A DNA stretch of 64,000 nt from an uncultured Poribacteria bacterium (GCA_951813565.1 OX638351.1:4576001-4640000), one strand, 5' to 3'. Shown: positions 51,714 through 62,487, counted from the stretch's first letter. The notes: generated by a model not told the origin, from the letters alone. Program-made: numbers and translations.

Positions 51714-52325
51714 ATGAATATAGATTCCCCTTCCAATTTTGATAGTTTTGTTCATAAACACGTAAAGGAACTCTTTGTCGCCCAATCTGAAAGACCGGCG
51801 GCTTTGAAAGATATTAATCTTACCCGATTAACACCATTCCATAGAGCTTTACTTGTCACAGATGGAACCGTCACCCGTTTTATTGAAGCGTATCAGCTGT
51901 CGCCTGTGCAGGTTGTACTCCTGTACCAAGCGAGGCGTACACTTCACAACGAACACAGCTGGCTTAGACTTCCAACAGGCGGTAATATCATTGCGCGAGA
52001 AGTAGTTCTACAGACACCTTCCACAGAAAATCAAACTCCAAAAATCCATGCCTACGCAGTGTCCCAAATTGTCCATGAACGTTTGCCAAAATCTGTCGCA
52101 GAAGGATTAGAAGCGGGAATTGACGGTTTAGGGGTTCTCTTGAAACACAGCCAATTGGAAACCCGTCGCGACTTGCTTTGGTGGGGCATTGAACGGGCGA
52201 CTGGTTTACCAAGCAGCATTGCGCGTTTTGAAGGGCAACTTTTTCTTAGTAGAACCTCTAGAATTGTCGCTAACAGAAATCCCCTTATGCTCATAACCGA
52301 GAAATTTCCACTTGATAATTCATAG
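51714..52325 (+). CDS. Chorismate pyruvate-lyase family protein (Rv2949c/DUF98-like)
   Basis: LLVTDGTVTRFIEAY, REVVL, AYAVS, LETRR, LITEKFP. Confidence 0.85.
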   Translation: MNIDSPSNFDSFVHKHVKELFVAQSERPAALKDINLTRLTPFHRALLVTDGTVTRFIEAYQLSPVQVVLLYQARRTLHNEHSWLRLPTGGNIIAREVVLQTPSTENQTPKIHAYAVSQIVHERLPKSVAEGLEAGIDGLGVLLKHSQLETRRDLLWWGIERATGLPSSIARFEGQLFLSRTSRIVANRNPLMLITEKFPLDNS

Positions 52326-52333
52326 TTTGAAAT

Positions 52334-52468
52334 TATAGCGGATTCTACAATTAACTGGACATCTGAGCTGTCCGAGGGAACTCCGATTCCCGACTAACAG
52401 TGGTTTCGTCGCGATTCGGAGATCGCTCCTACAGAATATATGTGAACTTATTTACATAATTTACTATA
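52334..52468. mobile_element. MITE, IS630-like ends, REP cargo
   Basis: TATAGCGGATT...TGGACA / ...AATTTACTATA; internal GTCGCGATTCGGAGATCGCTCCTAC. Confidence 0.6.
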
Positions 52469-52537
52469 ATCAGGGTTGCATATTCCTAAATCCCACAAAA
52501 CGTCATATCTCGTTACACCAAAGGAGGTATAATCTAT

Positions 52538-54790
52538 ATGTCTATTTCCGCTATCAGATATAGATTTTTACGACAGACACTTTGGAGAAGTGGGAAAACC
52601 TTATATCTATTTTGGATATGCCTATTGTTTGCTCCACTGGTCGTATATGCCCAAGCCAAACCCTCTCCACCCCGCACCTCGGCACATCGGATTACCCAAA
52701 ATATTGTTATTGATGGACGACTTGACGAACCTGAGTGGAAAAATGTAGAACCGATTCGTCAGTTATTCCAAATCCAACCAAACGAAGGCGAACCGATGAC
52801 GCAACCGTCAGAAGTGCGTATCCTTTATGATGAAAAGAAACTTTATTTTGGATTTATTTTTTTCGATTCAGAAATAGACAAATTAGTTGCCAATGAGATG
52901 CGCCGTGACTCCTCTGGTTTGCGTTCAAATGACTACGGGTTTCTCTTGTTAGACACCTACAATGACCGTCGCAATGCTGTTTTCTTCAGATTTACACCTA
53001 CGGGTGGGATGGAAGACACTGCTGTTTCCAATAGTGGTGACACGCGGAACACGAGCTGGGATATTGTATGGGAATGTCGTTGCACTATCAACACTAATAC
53101 CCCAGCTAATTGGACTGCAGAACTCGCAATACCTTTCAGCCAACTCCGCTTTGAGCGAAGTGATGTGATGACTTGGGGAATTAACTTTGGACGTGAAATC
53201 GCCCGAAATAATGAAATTGGTGCGTGGCATGCAGCACCTAAAACCTACGGCCCGCTTGGAAAATACCGAACAGCCTATTTTGGTACGTTTGAAGGTTTGG
53301 AAGGAATTTCTCCGTCAAAGCATCTTGAAGTTCTACCGTATGCATTGGCAGGTGCAAGTCATACGTCATCAGAAAACGGTATTGAGGGGGTGTTTGAAGG
53401 TGGTCTGGATCTCAAGTATGGCATTACTCCGAATCTGACTGCCGATTTTACTTTTAACACTGATTTCGCGCACGTGGAGGCAGACCAGGAACAGGTAAAC
53501 CTCACCCGTTTTAGCCTCTTTTTTCCGGAGCAGCGCCCGTTTTTCTTGGAAGGTGCCAGTATATTTGATGTCGGAATTCCACGTCCGAGTTTCCGTAGGC
53601 CGCCACCTTTACTCCTATTTTACAGCCGTCGTATCGGACTTTCACAAGGGCGCGCTATTCCTATTCTCGGCGGCGGCAAAATGACCGGGAAAATTGGACC
53701 CTACGGGATTGGGATTTTGAACGTATTGACTAACGAATATAAAAATGAAGAATTTCGTATAGGTCTGCCCCGAGTCGACGAACCGCGCACTAACTACTCG
53801 GTAGCGCGGGTGAACCGAGACATCTTGGAGGGATCGACTATCGGGGCAATTGTTGTCAACAAACAAGATGCTGGTGCATATAACCGCACAACAGGGCTTG
53901 ATTTTTCGTATCGCCCAACGCGAGAGATTTACATCCAAGGGCTGTGGGCGCGTACCTTTGAAGCGGATGTCTCTGGAAATAGCAATGCCTTCTTTTTGGG
54001 CGGCGATTGGCGAGCGAATCTGTTTCGACTCAACGGTTCGTACACAGACATCGGAGAAGATTTTAATCCCGAAGTCGGTTTTGTTCAACGTACGGATGTT
54101 CGTCGCTTTCGCGGCGGTGCCAGTTATACCCCGTGGCCCGGCAAATTTGGTATTCGCGAAATCCAGATTGGACCGGAGATCGATCTTGTTCTGACACAAG
54201 AGAATGAGTTGGAAACCCAAGAGATAACCTTTGACACGCAATTTGAGTTTGAAACTGGGGATGGCATTGGGTTCCAAATCAGGAACACGACAGAAAATCT
54301 TGAACGGGGTTTTTGGATTCAAGGGGTTAGTATACCAGTCGACGATTACATTTTTACTTCGTTTCAGACCTCGCTCCGCAGCAGTAGCAGTCGGGTGATT
54401 GCTGGAGAACTACGCGTGGAATTCGGAGGGTTTTATAACGGCAATAGGCGCAGCTTTGCAATAGACGCTACTCTCAAACCGACCGTGCGACTCAGTATAG
54501 AACCACTATTCGAATTTAACCGCATCAAACTTCCGGACAAGGAATTTGATGCCAATGTTTTTGGTAGTCGTATAGGTTATTCGTTTTCGACTACGTTTTT
54601 CACCAAATTGTTTGCGCAATGGAGTAGCACCAGAGAGATCGTTTCTGCAAACTTTCTACTAAACTATATCTACCGGCCCGGCAGTGATTTTTACCTTGTT
54701 TTCAACCAAAACTATGATACCCATGGCGGAGGCGTAGAACCTCTTGATTGGAGTGTTGTTGTGAAAATGACATATTGGTGGAATCCATAA
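52538..54790 (+). CDS. CBM9-like + DUF5916 outer-membrane protein
   Basis: IDGRLDE..W, NTDFAHVEAD..VNLTRF.LFFPEQRPFFLEG, YSRRIG. Confidence 0.85.
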   Translation: MSISAIRYRFLRQTLWRSGKTLYLFWICLLFAPLVVYAQAKPSPPRTSAHRITQNIVIDGRLDEPEWKNVEPIRQLFQIQPNEGEPMTQPSEVRILYDEKKLYFGFIFFDSEIDKLVANEMRRDSSGLRSNDYGFLLLDTYNDRRNAVFFRFTPTGGMEDTAVSNSGDTRNTSWDIVWECRCTINTNTPANWTAELAIPFSQLRFERSDVMTWGINFGREIARNNEIGAWHAAPKTYGPLGKYRTAYFGTFEGLEGISPSKHLEVLPYALAGASHTSSENGIEGVFEGGLDLKYGITPNLTADFTFNTDFAHVEADQEQVNLTRFSLFFPEQRPFFLEGASIFDVGIPRPSFRRPPPLLLFYSRRIGLSQGRAIPILGGGKMTGKIGPYGIGILNVLTNEYKNEEFRIGLPRVDEPRTNYSVARVNRDILEGSTIGAIVVNKQDAGAYNRTTGLDFSYRPTREIYIQGLWARTFEADVSGNSNAFFLGGDWRANLFRLNGSYTDIGEDFNPEVGFVQRTDVRRFRGGASYTPWPGKFGIREIQIGPEIDLVLTQENELETQEITFDTQFEFETGDGIGFQIRNTTENLERGFWIQGVSIPVDDYIFTSFQTSLRSSSSRVIAGELRVEFGGFYNGNRRSFAIDATLKPTVRLSIEPLFEFNRIKLPDKEFDANVFGSRIGYSFSTTFFTKLFAQWSSTREIVSANFLLNYIYRPGSDFYLVFNQNYDTHGGGVEPLDWSVVVKMTYWWNP

Positions 54791-54936
54791 CTGTCTAATA
54801 TGATGTGAGTTTGATAAATGCCGTAGTGAAACAACACCGAATGTGTGAATGGCATTTGTCCAAATCAACGCCCAAATGCGCGTATAGCATTTGGCGGATA
54901 TTCTGCATGATTTGACAGGAGCGGTACATAGTGCTA

Positions 54937-55013
54937 CTATGCACATTTCGCCCCGCTGGGCTCGTGTATCTGGGAGTTCCACGTTCTATAGACATTTCGC
55001 CCCGCTGGGGCTT
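54937..55013. repeat. Tandem repeat CTAT.(C/G)ACATTTCGCCCCGCTGGG(G)CT x2
   Basis: Two direct copies 49 bp apart. Confidence 0.7.
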
Positions 55014-55044
55014 CAACACACCTAAAAGATCAGATTCATTTCCT

Positions 55045-55186
55045 TATAGTAAAATCTAAAAATACCTGGACATTTTCTTAAGATTTGCGGTGTTTGTAGT
55101 CGCGCAATTCATTGCGCCTTGAACATTTATGGCGTTTTTAAATCCACATAAGAACAAAATGTAAAATAATTATGGGTTTCACTATA
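55045..55186. mobile_element. MITE, inverted near-copy of 2289-2536
   Basis: Both ends match 2289-2536 in reverse complement; GTAGTCGCGCAATTCATTGCGC REP inside. Confidence 0.75.
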
Positions 55187-55211
55187 AATTGACCCTGATG
55201 GAGTTTTAGAA

Positions 55212-57359
55212 TTACTGTCCCCATGGTCGCGCTTGTTTGATTGAAATCTTACCATCTTGGGTAACCTTGAATTCAATCTCCATAGCAAAATCTTTGGGTT
55301 GCGCTGCGGCACCATACAACTGGCTGAACTTGTTATGTACTGTGCCAAGATATAAATTTAGTTCGCGCAGATATTTGTCCGTCAGTATCCGTTTACTATC
55401 TGTTGTTAGGCTTGAGGTTGACACAACTCTGTAGATACTACTATCCCACCAATCCAGCAAAATCTCCTCTGGCACAGACTGTTCTTCGGGATTTGTCACA
55501 AGGTTCTCGCCTACCTGTGTGTTGAGATAGTAATTTCCTTCAGTCTGATAAACAACATCATCGGTTACAGCAACACCGTTTGCCGATTCGCTTTTAAAAT
55601 TGGGATGGACAAGCACACCCATCGTAGTCGTAAAATGGTCAATACGATAGAAATCTCGTGCCTCAAAAGCCCGGAAATTCCAGAGACTCGCAAAAACCTG
55701 CTTAATAGATTTTGATAGATGTCCTTCATCTGGATTGTGCGTGAAGGAATCGTATAAACCAGCGCCACTGAATCCGGGCAAATCTTCGTTATTCGTGCTG
55801 GAGCGGCATCGGAGAGAGGTTCCTGTTGGAAAAGCTTTCTGTAAGTCCGAAAGCGCAGTCATCATCCACTCTGGCATTTTTCCCATCTCTATTTCTGATC
55901 TAAACTTTTGCAGTTCTGCGTCCTTTGTGTCATGTGAATTCTGAAAATCAGGGTCTTTAAATAATGCCTCAAATTTTTTATAAAAACCGTTATGCTTCAT
56001 GAATTCGTCATAAAAATAGAACGGCACCCCAAATCCATCTGGTACTGTGCCCTCAGGAAATCCAAACGTCCTCAGTGTTGCAACGTTAGCTATTTTAACC
56101 CCGAAGCTGGATGAGTCCTCGAACTTGATTTCGTCGAGTGGCAAGATCTTTTTTACAGAAAGATTACGTTCAGGTTTCTGCGTTTTAGAGGGACGCAAAT
56201 CTGAAAAATGGGTTTCCACCTCTCCGCGTGTCGCTTCCCTAATCTCAAAACCATCAGCGTTTACCTTGTAATAGACATACTTTCCAATAAGTGGTGCGAT
56301 TAATCTGTGTTCCCATGCTTTGGTAATAAACGCGTTTGGAACTTTGTCTTGAATAGCCCGTAAGTTAACATGTGAAAGCGGCGTTTGACGGACACCAGTG
56401 ATTATCCCAGCAACCCGTGACATTTCGTTCGGTAACGTCTTGCAGATGACGATGTCACGTAGCGTTGGACGCTCGTTTGCCTGCAGCACACGTAGCCGAC
56501 CATACGACTCTGCCTGATTCAGCGGAAGATATCCGATATTGGCATAAAGATCATCCTCAAAATACACCGGGAATTCAGCCTTATCGTATAACCTCTTCTC
56601 ACGGTTATAAATACCGATTGCACCCCATAGTGGACAATATCCTAACCTGTTTTTGAGTATCGGCATTTTTGCAACAAGCAGGTCGTGCACAAGTTTAATT
56701 TTTTCAAATGGGAATGCATCGTTTGGATTAAACTCGAATGTGTAAATACCAGGTTCACCATTCGGTGCGGTAAAAAGTGGACGATAGCTGAGCACGCCGC
56801 GCATCTGCTCTTGACCTCTTCCTAAACCAGCAGCCCGCATGAAACTTCCATGGGAACGGTGTGTCTTTGTGTTCATAAAATAAAGTTGTGGGTTTTGTGT
56901 ATGGGTATTTTCAACCTGAATTTTTACAAATTCAATTCCAGCAAGTTGGGTGTCAATACGCACATCTGTACCCTGATATGACAATTTCTTGAAAGTTTCT
57001 CGATCAGGAATTGCAGCCGTTCCATCTTTGAATTTAACCTGTTCTGGGTCAAGGCGCGGCCCTGAAGGTTCTCTTGAACCACGTCCTCTGCTAAATCCAC
57101 CCCTTCCACGGGATTGGTCACGTCGTCCACTGACCATTTCACGAATTTCGCTCTCACTGAATTGGGTACCTCTTCCACTTTCGACCCTCATTACTCTAAC
57201 CATCAGTTCCTTTTCAGAAGTGCTCAGTTCGCCATTCCCATCAAGGTCAAACCGTTTTTCATCTTTTGAGAGTGTTTCTTGCGCCCAAGTGTTTATAACA
57301 ACACCTGACGATAATATCAAAACTAAAATGCATATAATAATGTTGTGTTTGTGTTTCAT
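55212..57359 (-). CDS. PEP/pyruvate-binding (PPDK_N) domain protein with signal peptide and EF-hand-like motif
   Basis: GVK..N, VPDGF.VPF, RCRSSTNNED...FSGAGLY, EIEF...KQARPW; DLDGNGELS. Confidence 0.8.
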   Translation of the reverse strand: MKHKHNIIICILVLILSSGVVINTWAQETLSKDEKRFDLDGNGELSTSEKELMVRVMRVESGRGTQFSESEIREMVSGRRDQSRGRGGFSRGRGSREPSGPRLDPEQVKFKDGTAAIPDRETFKKLSYQGTDVRIDTQLAGIEFVKIQVENTHTQNPQLYFMNTKTHRSHGSFMRAAGLGRGQEQMRGVLSYRPLFTAPNGEPGIYTFEFNPNDAFPFEKIKLVHDLLVAKMPILKNRLGYCPLWGAIGIYNREKRLYDKAEFPVYFEDDLYANIGYLPLNQAESYGRLRVLQANERPTLRDIVICKTLPNEMSRVAGIITGVRQTPLSHVNLRAIQDKVPNAFITKAWEHRLIAPLIGKYVYYKVNADGFEIREATRGEVETHFSDLRPSKTQKPERNLSVKKILPLDEIKFEDSSSFGVKIANVATLRTFGFPEGTVPDGFGVPFYFYDEFMKHNGFYKKFEALFKDPDFQNSHDTKDAELQKFRSEIEMGKMPEWMMTALSDLQKAFPTGTSLRCRSSTNNEDLPGFSGAGLYDSFTHNPDEGHLSKSIKQVFASLWNFRAFEARDFYRIDHFTTTMGVLVHPNFKSESANGVAVTDDVVYQTEGNYYLNTQVGENLVTNPEEQSVPEEILLDWWDSSIYRVVSTSSLTTDSKRILTDKYLRELNLYLGTVHNKFSQLYGAAAQPKDFAMEIEFKVTQDGKISIKQARPWGQ

Positions 57360-57587
57360 GGATTTCCTCGTTGCGCATTGGAATTTTGAATACGAATATT
57401 CAATCAAACATTCTATTGTTGTATTAGGCAAATGAGCGCTAAATTTGTTCAGAAAAACATCCTTTTTGCCTTTAAATGTGGACATCTTCGTAGATGAAAC
57501 ATGATTTTCTTTAACGAATTGATGTATTGTGATATGATATGCAGTACATTTAGATTTCAAGAATACGTATGCAAGGAGATATTTATC

Positions 57588-58373
57588 ATGTTCAACTTTA
57601 AAAAATTGAGATATTGGTTCATACTAATACCCCTTTTGACATGTGTCATTAGTTTTCCCAGTATCGCTCAAGATGAACATACTGTTCTTTTGTACACATT
57701 TGAAACCGGTAAAGGAGATACCGTCAAAGACCTTTCTGGCAACGGAAACGATGGTAAACTGATGGGTAGCACAAAGTGGGGTGACGGCAAACCCGGGGGT
57801 GGACTCGTTTTCGGTGGAAACGGACCAAGAGATTTTGTGCAAATTCCTGATAGCGACAGTCTTGATTTAGTTGAAGGACTCACCGTGGAGATGTGGGTTT
57901 TCCTGAATTCTCCGTCAACTGCTGGTCGTACTGGTGCAACTAAAGAGTCTACCTATAAAGTAGGGCCTCGAAGCGATCAAAAAGTCTTATTGCGGATGAC
58001 TACGAGCTCAAAAGCTTGGGGTAGTGCTGTCGTTATCAGTAATACGGTGTTAGCCCTTGACAAATGGATACATATCGCTGGAACTTACGATGCAAAATCT
58101 GGTGAAGGCAAAATTTACATTGATGGTGAAATAGATAACGAAGGTAACATCGGTGGTGATATTGTTCCGAATAACGATGTGTTTTGGCTTGGTCGTGGTG
58201 CTGGCCCGTTCCTTGATGGTCGCATGGACGAGGTGCGAATCTCCAATATCGCTCGCTCACAACAAGAAATACAGCAGTTGATGAAAATCGGAATTACGGG
58301 TGTGCTTTCGGTAACACCACGCGAGAAGTTAGCAACGACGTGGGGACAACTCAAATCGCGTTTTGCGAAGTAG
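57588..58373 (+). CDS. Secreted LamG/concanavalin-like protein with C-terminal TTWG tail
   Basis: KDLSGNGNDG, WIHIAGTYD, IYIDG, GRMDEVRIS; ends LSVTPREKLATTWGQLK; AAGGAG RBS. Confidence 0.88.
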   Translation: MFNFKKLRYWFILIPLLTCVISFPSIAQDEHTVLLYTFETGKGDTVKDLSGNGNDGKLMGSTKWGDGKPGGGLVFGGNGPRDFVQIPDSDSLDLVEGLTVEMWVFLNSPSTAGRTGATKESTYKVGPRSDQKVLLRMTTSSKAWGSAVVISNTVLALDKWIHIAGTYDAKSGEGKIYIDGEIDNEGNIGGDIVPNNDVFWLGRGAGPFLDGRMDEVRISNIARSQQEIQQLMKIGITGVLSVTPREKLATTWGQLKSRFAK

Positions 58374-58421
58374 TGCTGCATACACAAAGCTATCCTAAAA
58401 ACGCCTATAAATATTCCCACA

Positions 58422-59882
58422 ATGGCAAAATCCTTTCAGACTATCAGCAATATAGAGTATCTATTGGATATAGTTGATTATTATCGGGTTATTCGGTCCC
58501 TTAAAAAATGTCTGCTTTCGATCGTCATTCTCTGTTTTCTGGCGATAAACGGAGATTATGCTAAAAACATAGTTGGCGAAACTAAAATGGATAGAAGTCT
58601 TCCGTCCATCTTTCAGGCATGGAACAGTATCGAAAATTTGTCCGATGAGAGTGAGATACAGCGGCTAGCCCGTCATGATCTCGCTTTTGCCCATCCATAC
58701 ACGCTGTTAAAAATTCATTGGGATATTTCTGATATTCAACCTTATTCAGGGTTGGCAACAAATTTGTCCTCAAACTTGTTGAGTACTGCACGCCAAAGAA
58801 AAAAGGAACTTTTATCTTTAAACCCACATCTTTTACTGCTTGTCGAAATTCGCTATAGAGACGCTAAATATATGTCTGCACAGAATGAGGGGAAAGTGAA
58901 AAATTGGTGGGAAGTCGGTTACTATCCGCCAGATTCCCCTTACTGGCTAAAGGATAAGACAGGTAATCCTGTTATTGGGTGGGGTGAAGACACAGATGGT
59001 GATAAGAAAATAGATAAGAATGACGAAATCTTGAATTTTCTCATTGACTTTACCAATCCCAAAGTTCAAGAACTCATAGTTAAACAAGCGGCGTCGTTAA
59101 ATCAGTCTGGACTGTTTAATGGCATCATGCTTGATTGGTGGAGCGAGGACTTTGCGACCAGTCCGATCGGTGTCAATGACTGGTCGGAGACGATTTTAAC
59201 ACCCGAAGCTGAATTAAAAGCGAGATTGTCCATTCTGCGAAAAATAAGAGCACAAGTAGATGACGATTTCTTAATTCTTGTTAATTCAAATATGCGGCAA
59301 ATTCCGAAATCTACGCCTTATGTAAATGGCATTTTCATGGAGTGTTATAAGCAGGACTACGATAAAGGATATAATCTAAATCAAATAAAGCAGATGGAAA
59401 AAACGCTGCTATGGGCAGAAGAACATCTCAGAGAGCCTCGAATCAATTGTTTAGAAGGTTGGCGAACGGTGACAGATTATATGGGGGATGGGAATACTCG
59501 GATAGCAGAAAGGAACAACGAAAGAAATCTACAATGGATGCGCATGATCACAACACTGAGCCTGACACATTCTGACGGTTATGTGCTTTTTGCCGATGAT
59601 AGCGCGATACCGAGTCCAGACCATTTGCACAACTGGTATGGTTTTTGGGACGTTAATTTGGGACGACCAATTCAGAAAAAAGCCGTTGAATACAAAGGTG
59701 TGACAGGACTCTTTGTGCGAGAATTTGAAAAAGGGTGGGCGGTATATAACCGAAACAGCACTAAACAGGATGTTTCTTTCAATGTTTTGGTTAAAGGCGT
59801 TAGCAGTAGTATACTTCACCTTCATCATGAAATACCTGCGTTTGACGGTGACATCTTTCTAAAACAGAATGATGAAAAGTAA
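58422..59882 (+). CDS. Putative glycoside hydrolase (GHL15-like TIM barrel)
   Basis: PSIFQAW, LARHDL, IDFT, GIMLDWW, NCLEGW, LTHSDGY, REFEKGWAVYN. Confidence 0.65.
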   Translation: MAKSFQTISNIEYLLDIVDYYRVIRSLKKCLLSIVILCFLAINGDYAKNIVGETKMDRSLPSIFQAWNSIENLSDESEIQRLARHDLAFAHPYTLLKIHWDISDIQPYSGLATNLSSNLLSTARQRKKELLSLNPHLLLLVEIRYRDAKYMSAQNEGKVKNWWEVGYYPPDSPYWLKDKTGNPVIGWGEDTDGDKKIDKNDEILNFLIDFTNPKVQELIVKQAASLNQSGLFNGIMLDWWSEDFATSPIGVNDWSETILTPEAELKARLSILRKIRAQVDDDFLILVNSNMRQIPKSTPYVNGIFMECYKQDYDKGYNLNQIKQMEKTLLWAEEHLREPRINCLEGWRTVTDYMGDGNTRIAERNNERNLQWMRMITTLSLTHSDGYVLFADDSAIPSPDHLHNWYGFWDVNLGRPIQKKAVEYKGVTGLFVREFEKGWAVYNRNSTKQDVSFNVLVKGVSSSILHLHHEIPAFDGDIFLKQNDEK

Positions 59883-59951
59883 TTGTTAAAACCCCTACTG
59901 AAGAAACAGAATATCACATCAGACTCCTATCGGATTAGTATGATATCTCGG

Positions 59952-60836
59952 TCAATACGGTAATTCTATAAACAGTGTTGCCAAAAATTCTTCTGCTATA
60001 TGACGATTGTATACACGCGCTGAAATCACGGAACCGTAAATGTTGCCTACATAGAAAATACCGCTGAGTGTGCCGAATCCCCACCCTTTGACCGACGAAA
60101 GTCCATCTCTACGAAAACCGTCATAAGCTTGCCAGCCTGTTAAACCTACGGTGAGCAGAGAGTTCAGGGCATCGCCAAAACGACCTGTATAGATTCGTCC
60201 AGTTCCTGGCACAATTGAAGAAAAAAAACCTGCTAAAAATGGGCTACGAGTAGGTAGTTTTGCGCCTTGCAGGGCATATTTGCTATACACTGATGCCTTT
60301 TCCCGAACCCCCAATACCTCTGATTTCTGCAATGCATTGAATATCTTTTCCGCTTCAAGCCACTGTTTTTGCTTCAGATAAGAGAGTCCAATCAGTTGCT
60401 GCGATTCGGCATGATAACGGACATCTGTTATGCGGGGTAGGGATGCGTCAAGATATTTTACCGATTTATCAAACTGTTCCATGAGAAAATAGGAAACACC
60501 GATCTGGTAATAAGCACTACTCGCAAATTTGCTATCTGGAGATTCCTGTAGAAACGTCTGAAATATCTGGATAGCCTGTTCAGTTTTACCTCCTAAACGA
60601 TAACAGAGCGCAATTCTATATCGGATTATTTCATTTTCTCGCGGTTTATAAAATAAATAACGTTGATATTCACCCACAGCGCGGAGGAAATCTCCCTGCT
60701 CATATAGAAAATCAGCGAATTTAAGGGTATTTTCTGGACTGTAATAGTCGGGAAATTCATCGGAATTTGCTACGGATAGAAACGCAATATTAAGGAGTAT
60801 TATAAGCAGGAATCCCCACATCTGTTTAGTGGTCAT
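59952..60836 (-). CDS. Secreted TPR-repeat protein with C-terminal hydrophobic segments
   Basis: Signal peptide, TPR helices, SP.LAG..S..PG.G..Y. Confidence 0.8.
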   Translation of the reverse strand: MTTKQMWGFLLIILLNIAFLSVANSDEFPDYYSPENTLKFADFLYEQGDFLRAVGEYQRYLFYKPRENEIIRYRIALCYRLGGKTEQAIQIFQTFLQESPDSKFASSAYYQIGVSYFLMEQFDKSVKYLDASLPRITDVRYHAESQQLIGLSYLKQKQWLEAEKIFNALQKSEVLGVREKASVYSKYALQGAKLPTRSPFLAGFFSSIVPGTGRIYTGRFGDALNSLLTVGLTGWQAYDGFRRDGLSSVKGWGFGTLSGIFYVGNIYGSVISARVYNRHIAEEFLATLFIELPY

Positions 60837-61266
60837 AATCTGAAATCGGGTCTATGTACTTTCCTGTACTTGGGTCTTTATGGTAGTGTGATGATTTCAC
60901 GCCGTTGCATCGTAGCAACCTGTCAGCAGTAAGAAGTATACCACGTAATACACCGTATTCCTGGATGCATGCCATGCCGAAACGTGAACAGGTGGGTGTA
61001 AAATTGCACGTCGGACCGTCTTGACTTGAGATATATTTCTGATACAGGCGAATTAGACCTGTAGCGGCAAACTTTAACTCCGAAGTTTCCAGAGGATTAA
61101 AGCGGATAACTTCTTGTCGTTTTTCTTTTATGATAGGGTTGACCTCGCGAATAAAGGCGAGGTCGGTCACTTCATCCGCGTAGGAAGACGTGGTGAGGAT
61201 AACAACGACTAAACAGATAGTACAAATAGGCACAAATTTATTACGATAAACAGCATAATTTACCAT
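60826..61266 (-). CDS. yidD: YidD-like membrane protein insertion efficiency factor
   Basis: LYQKYIS..CNFTPTCS.F, G..RG..LTADRLLRCN. Confidence 0.8.
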   Translation of the reverse strand: MVNYAVYRNKFVPICTICLVVVILTTSSYADEVTDLAFIREVNPIIKEKRQEVIRFNPLETSELKFAATGLIRLYQKYISSQDGPTCNFTPTCSRFGMACIQEYGVLRGILLTADRLLRCNGVKSSHYHKDPSTGKYIDPISDYDH

Positions 61267-61979
61267 TTAACCACCTTAACTTTCACGGATTCAGGAATTG
61301 TGAAATTCAGAATTGGGTTTGGCGTTTCAGCGTTCACTTGGGGGTTGCTATAAACAATCTTCTCAAACTTTAACACTTCAGACTTCGCACCATACGTATT
61401 GGATGTAACCTTCATCGGAATATAGTTAGTGCCGATTTTGCTGTGGTTCTGATACAACGATCTGCCAATAATATGTCCCTTAGGGTTCTTCACTTCGGCA
61501 GAGATGAGTTTATCATCGCGCATACCTAAGATGATAGTTCCGAGCTGTTCTTTGGCTTTTTCAGGTGGTTTCCAGTAGGTATAAAGCACTTCTTCTGCAA
61601 CATCATGCTTATCTAAGGTATACCCGATTGCGGTTAATCCATATTCTGCTTGTGTGGTCTGGATGATGGATTCAACGAAGGGCAACGGAATGCGTCCTTC
61701 AGAAATAAAACGAAATGCTTGTTTCTCTTCAGGATAATATATTTCCAACACTTTATCCTTCACAACCATTATCTGCTTAAGCGGTTTTGTGACCTCAACA
61801 ACAACTCGTGCTTTTTTGGCGTCGTAGTGGAGTGTTCCTATGATGTGTTCTGTCTTGTCGTTTTCGGTTAGTTCACGCGTGAAATCTAAAGAGAGCGTTT
61901 TTAACGGTGCTGCTTGCAGTGAGAGTGCTAAAAGAAAATAAAATAAAAACGGTGTTGCGAGCTTAATGTTTTTTGACAT
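61260..61979 (-). CDS. LolA-like secreted protein
   Basis: Signal peptide, FT..., P.KQ.MV...LEIYYP, FTIPESVKV. Confidence 0.55.
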   Translation of the reverse strand: MSKNIKLATPFLFYFLLALSLQAAPLKTLSLDFTRELTENDKTEHIIGTLHYDAKKARVVVEVTKPLKQIMVVKDKVLEIYYPEEKQAFRFISEGRIPLPFVESIIQTTQAEYGLTAIGYTLDKHDVAEEVLYTYWKPPEKAKEQLGTIILGMRDDKLISAEVKNPKGHIIGRSLYQNHSKIGTNYIPMKVTSNTYGAKSEVLKFEKIVYSNPQVNAETPNPILNFTIPESVKVKVVKW

Positions 61980-62019
61980 CAGTTTTTACAAACGTCAGAA
62001 CGGCAAATATCTAAAGTTA

Positions 62020-62487
62020 TTACTGTGTTGATATTCGTACTGCATCCAACCTTATTCCAACTCCCATTCCAACAGCTATCAACCCAACTGCAGCACCACC
62101 ACTGAGACATCCTGCAGATGACCAACTGGCTTGAACACTTCCTCTTTTTGTTTTGTAGGTTGATGTGTAAACATCTACATATTCTGGCGTTCTTCCAATC
62201 AGTCGCGAAACAGGAGGAGCGGGGCGATAGAAATAGGTTCCAGTAAGACCGACTGGCGGTAAAAGACAGCTGTACCAACCAGGCAAAGGCAAAAATACGA
62301 GTCCGGAAATCAGACAACCCGTACCAAACCATAGCGGTTTATTAACATCTTTATTAGCATCTGCTGTTGCATCTGCTTCAGCTTGTGCCACCACTAAATT
62401 TCGTTGGGCAAGAGCGGCAAAAGGCATACTAAAAGTTAGCAACACAACCCAAAAAACTAAGACTCGAAATATTGAATTTGTTTTCAT
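62020..62487 (-). CDS. Hypothetical membrane protein
   Basis: Signal peptide plus hydrophobic segments; AAGGAG RBS. Confidence 0.7.
   Translation of the reverse strand: MKTNSIFRVLVFWVVLLTFSMPFAALAQRNLVVAQAEADATADANKDVNKPLWFGTGCLISGLVFLPLPGWYSCLLPPVGLTGTYFYRPAPPVSRLIGRTPEYVDVYTSTYKTKRGSVQASWSSAGCLSGGAAVGLIAVGMGVGIRLDAVRISTQ

Noticed and set aside
53642..54322. 226-aa antisense ORF and other short overlapping ORFs in the track
   Set aside because: Shadow frames of well-supported genes with no recognisable motifs.
54937..55013. Two-repeat mini-CRISPR
   Set aside because: Only two copies, embedded among other repeats, with no leader or cas genes.
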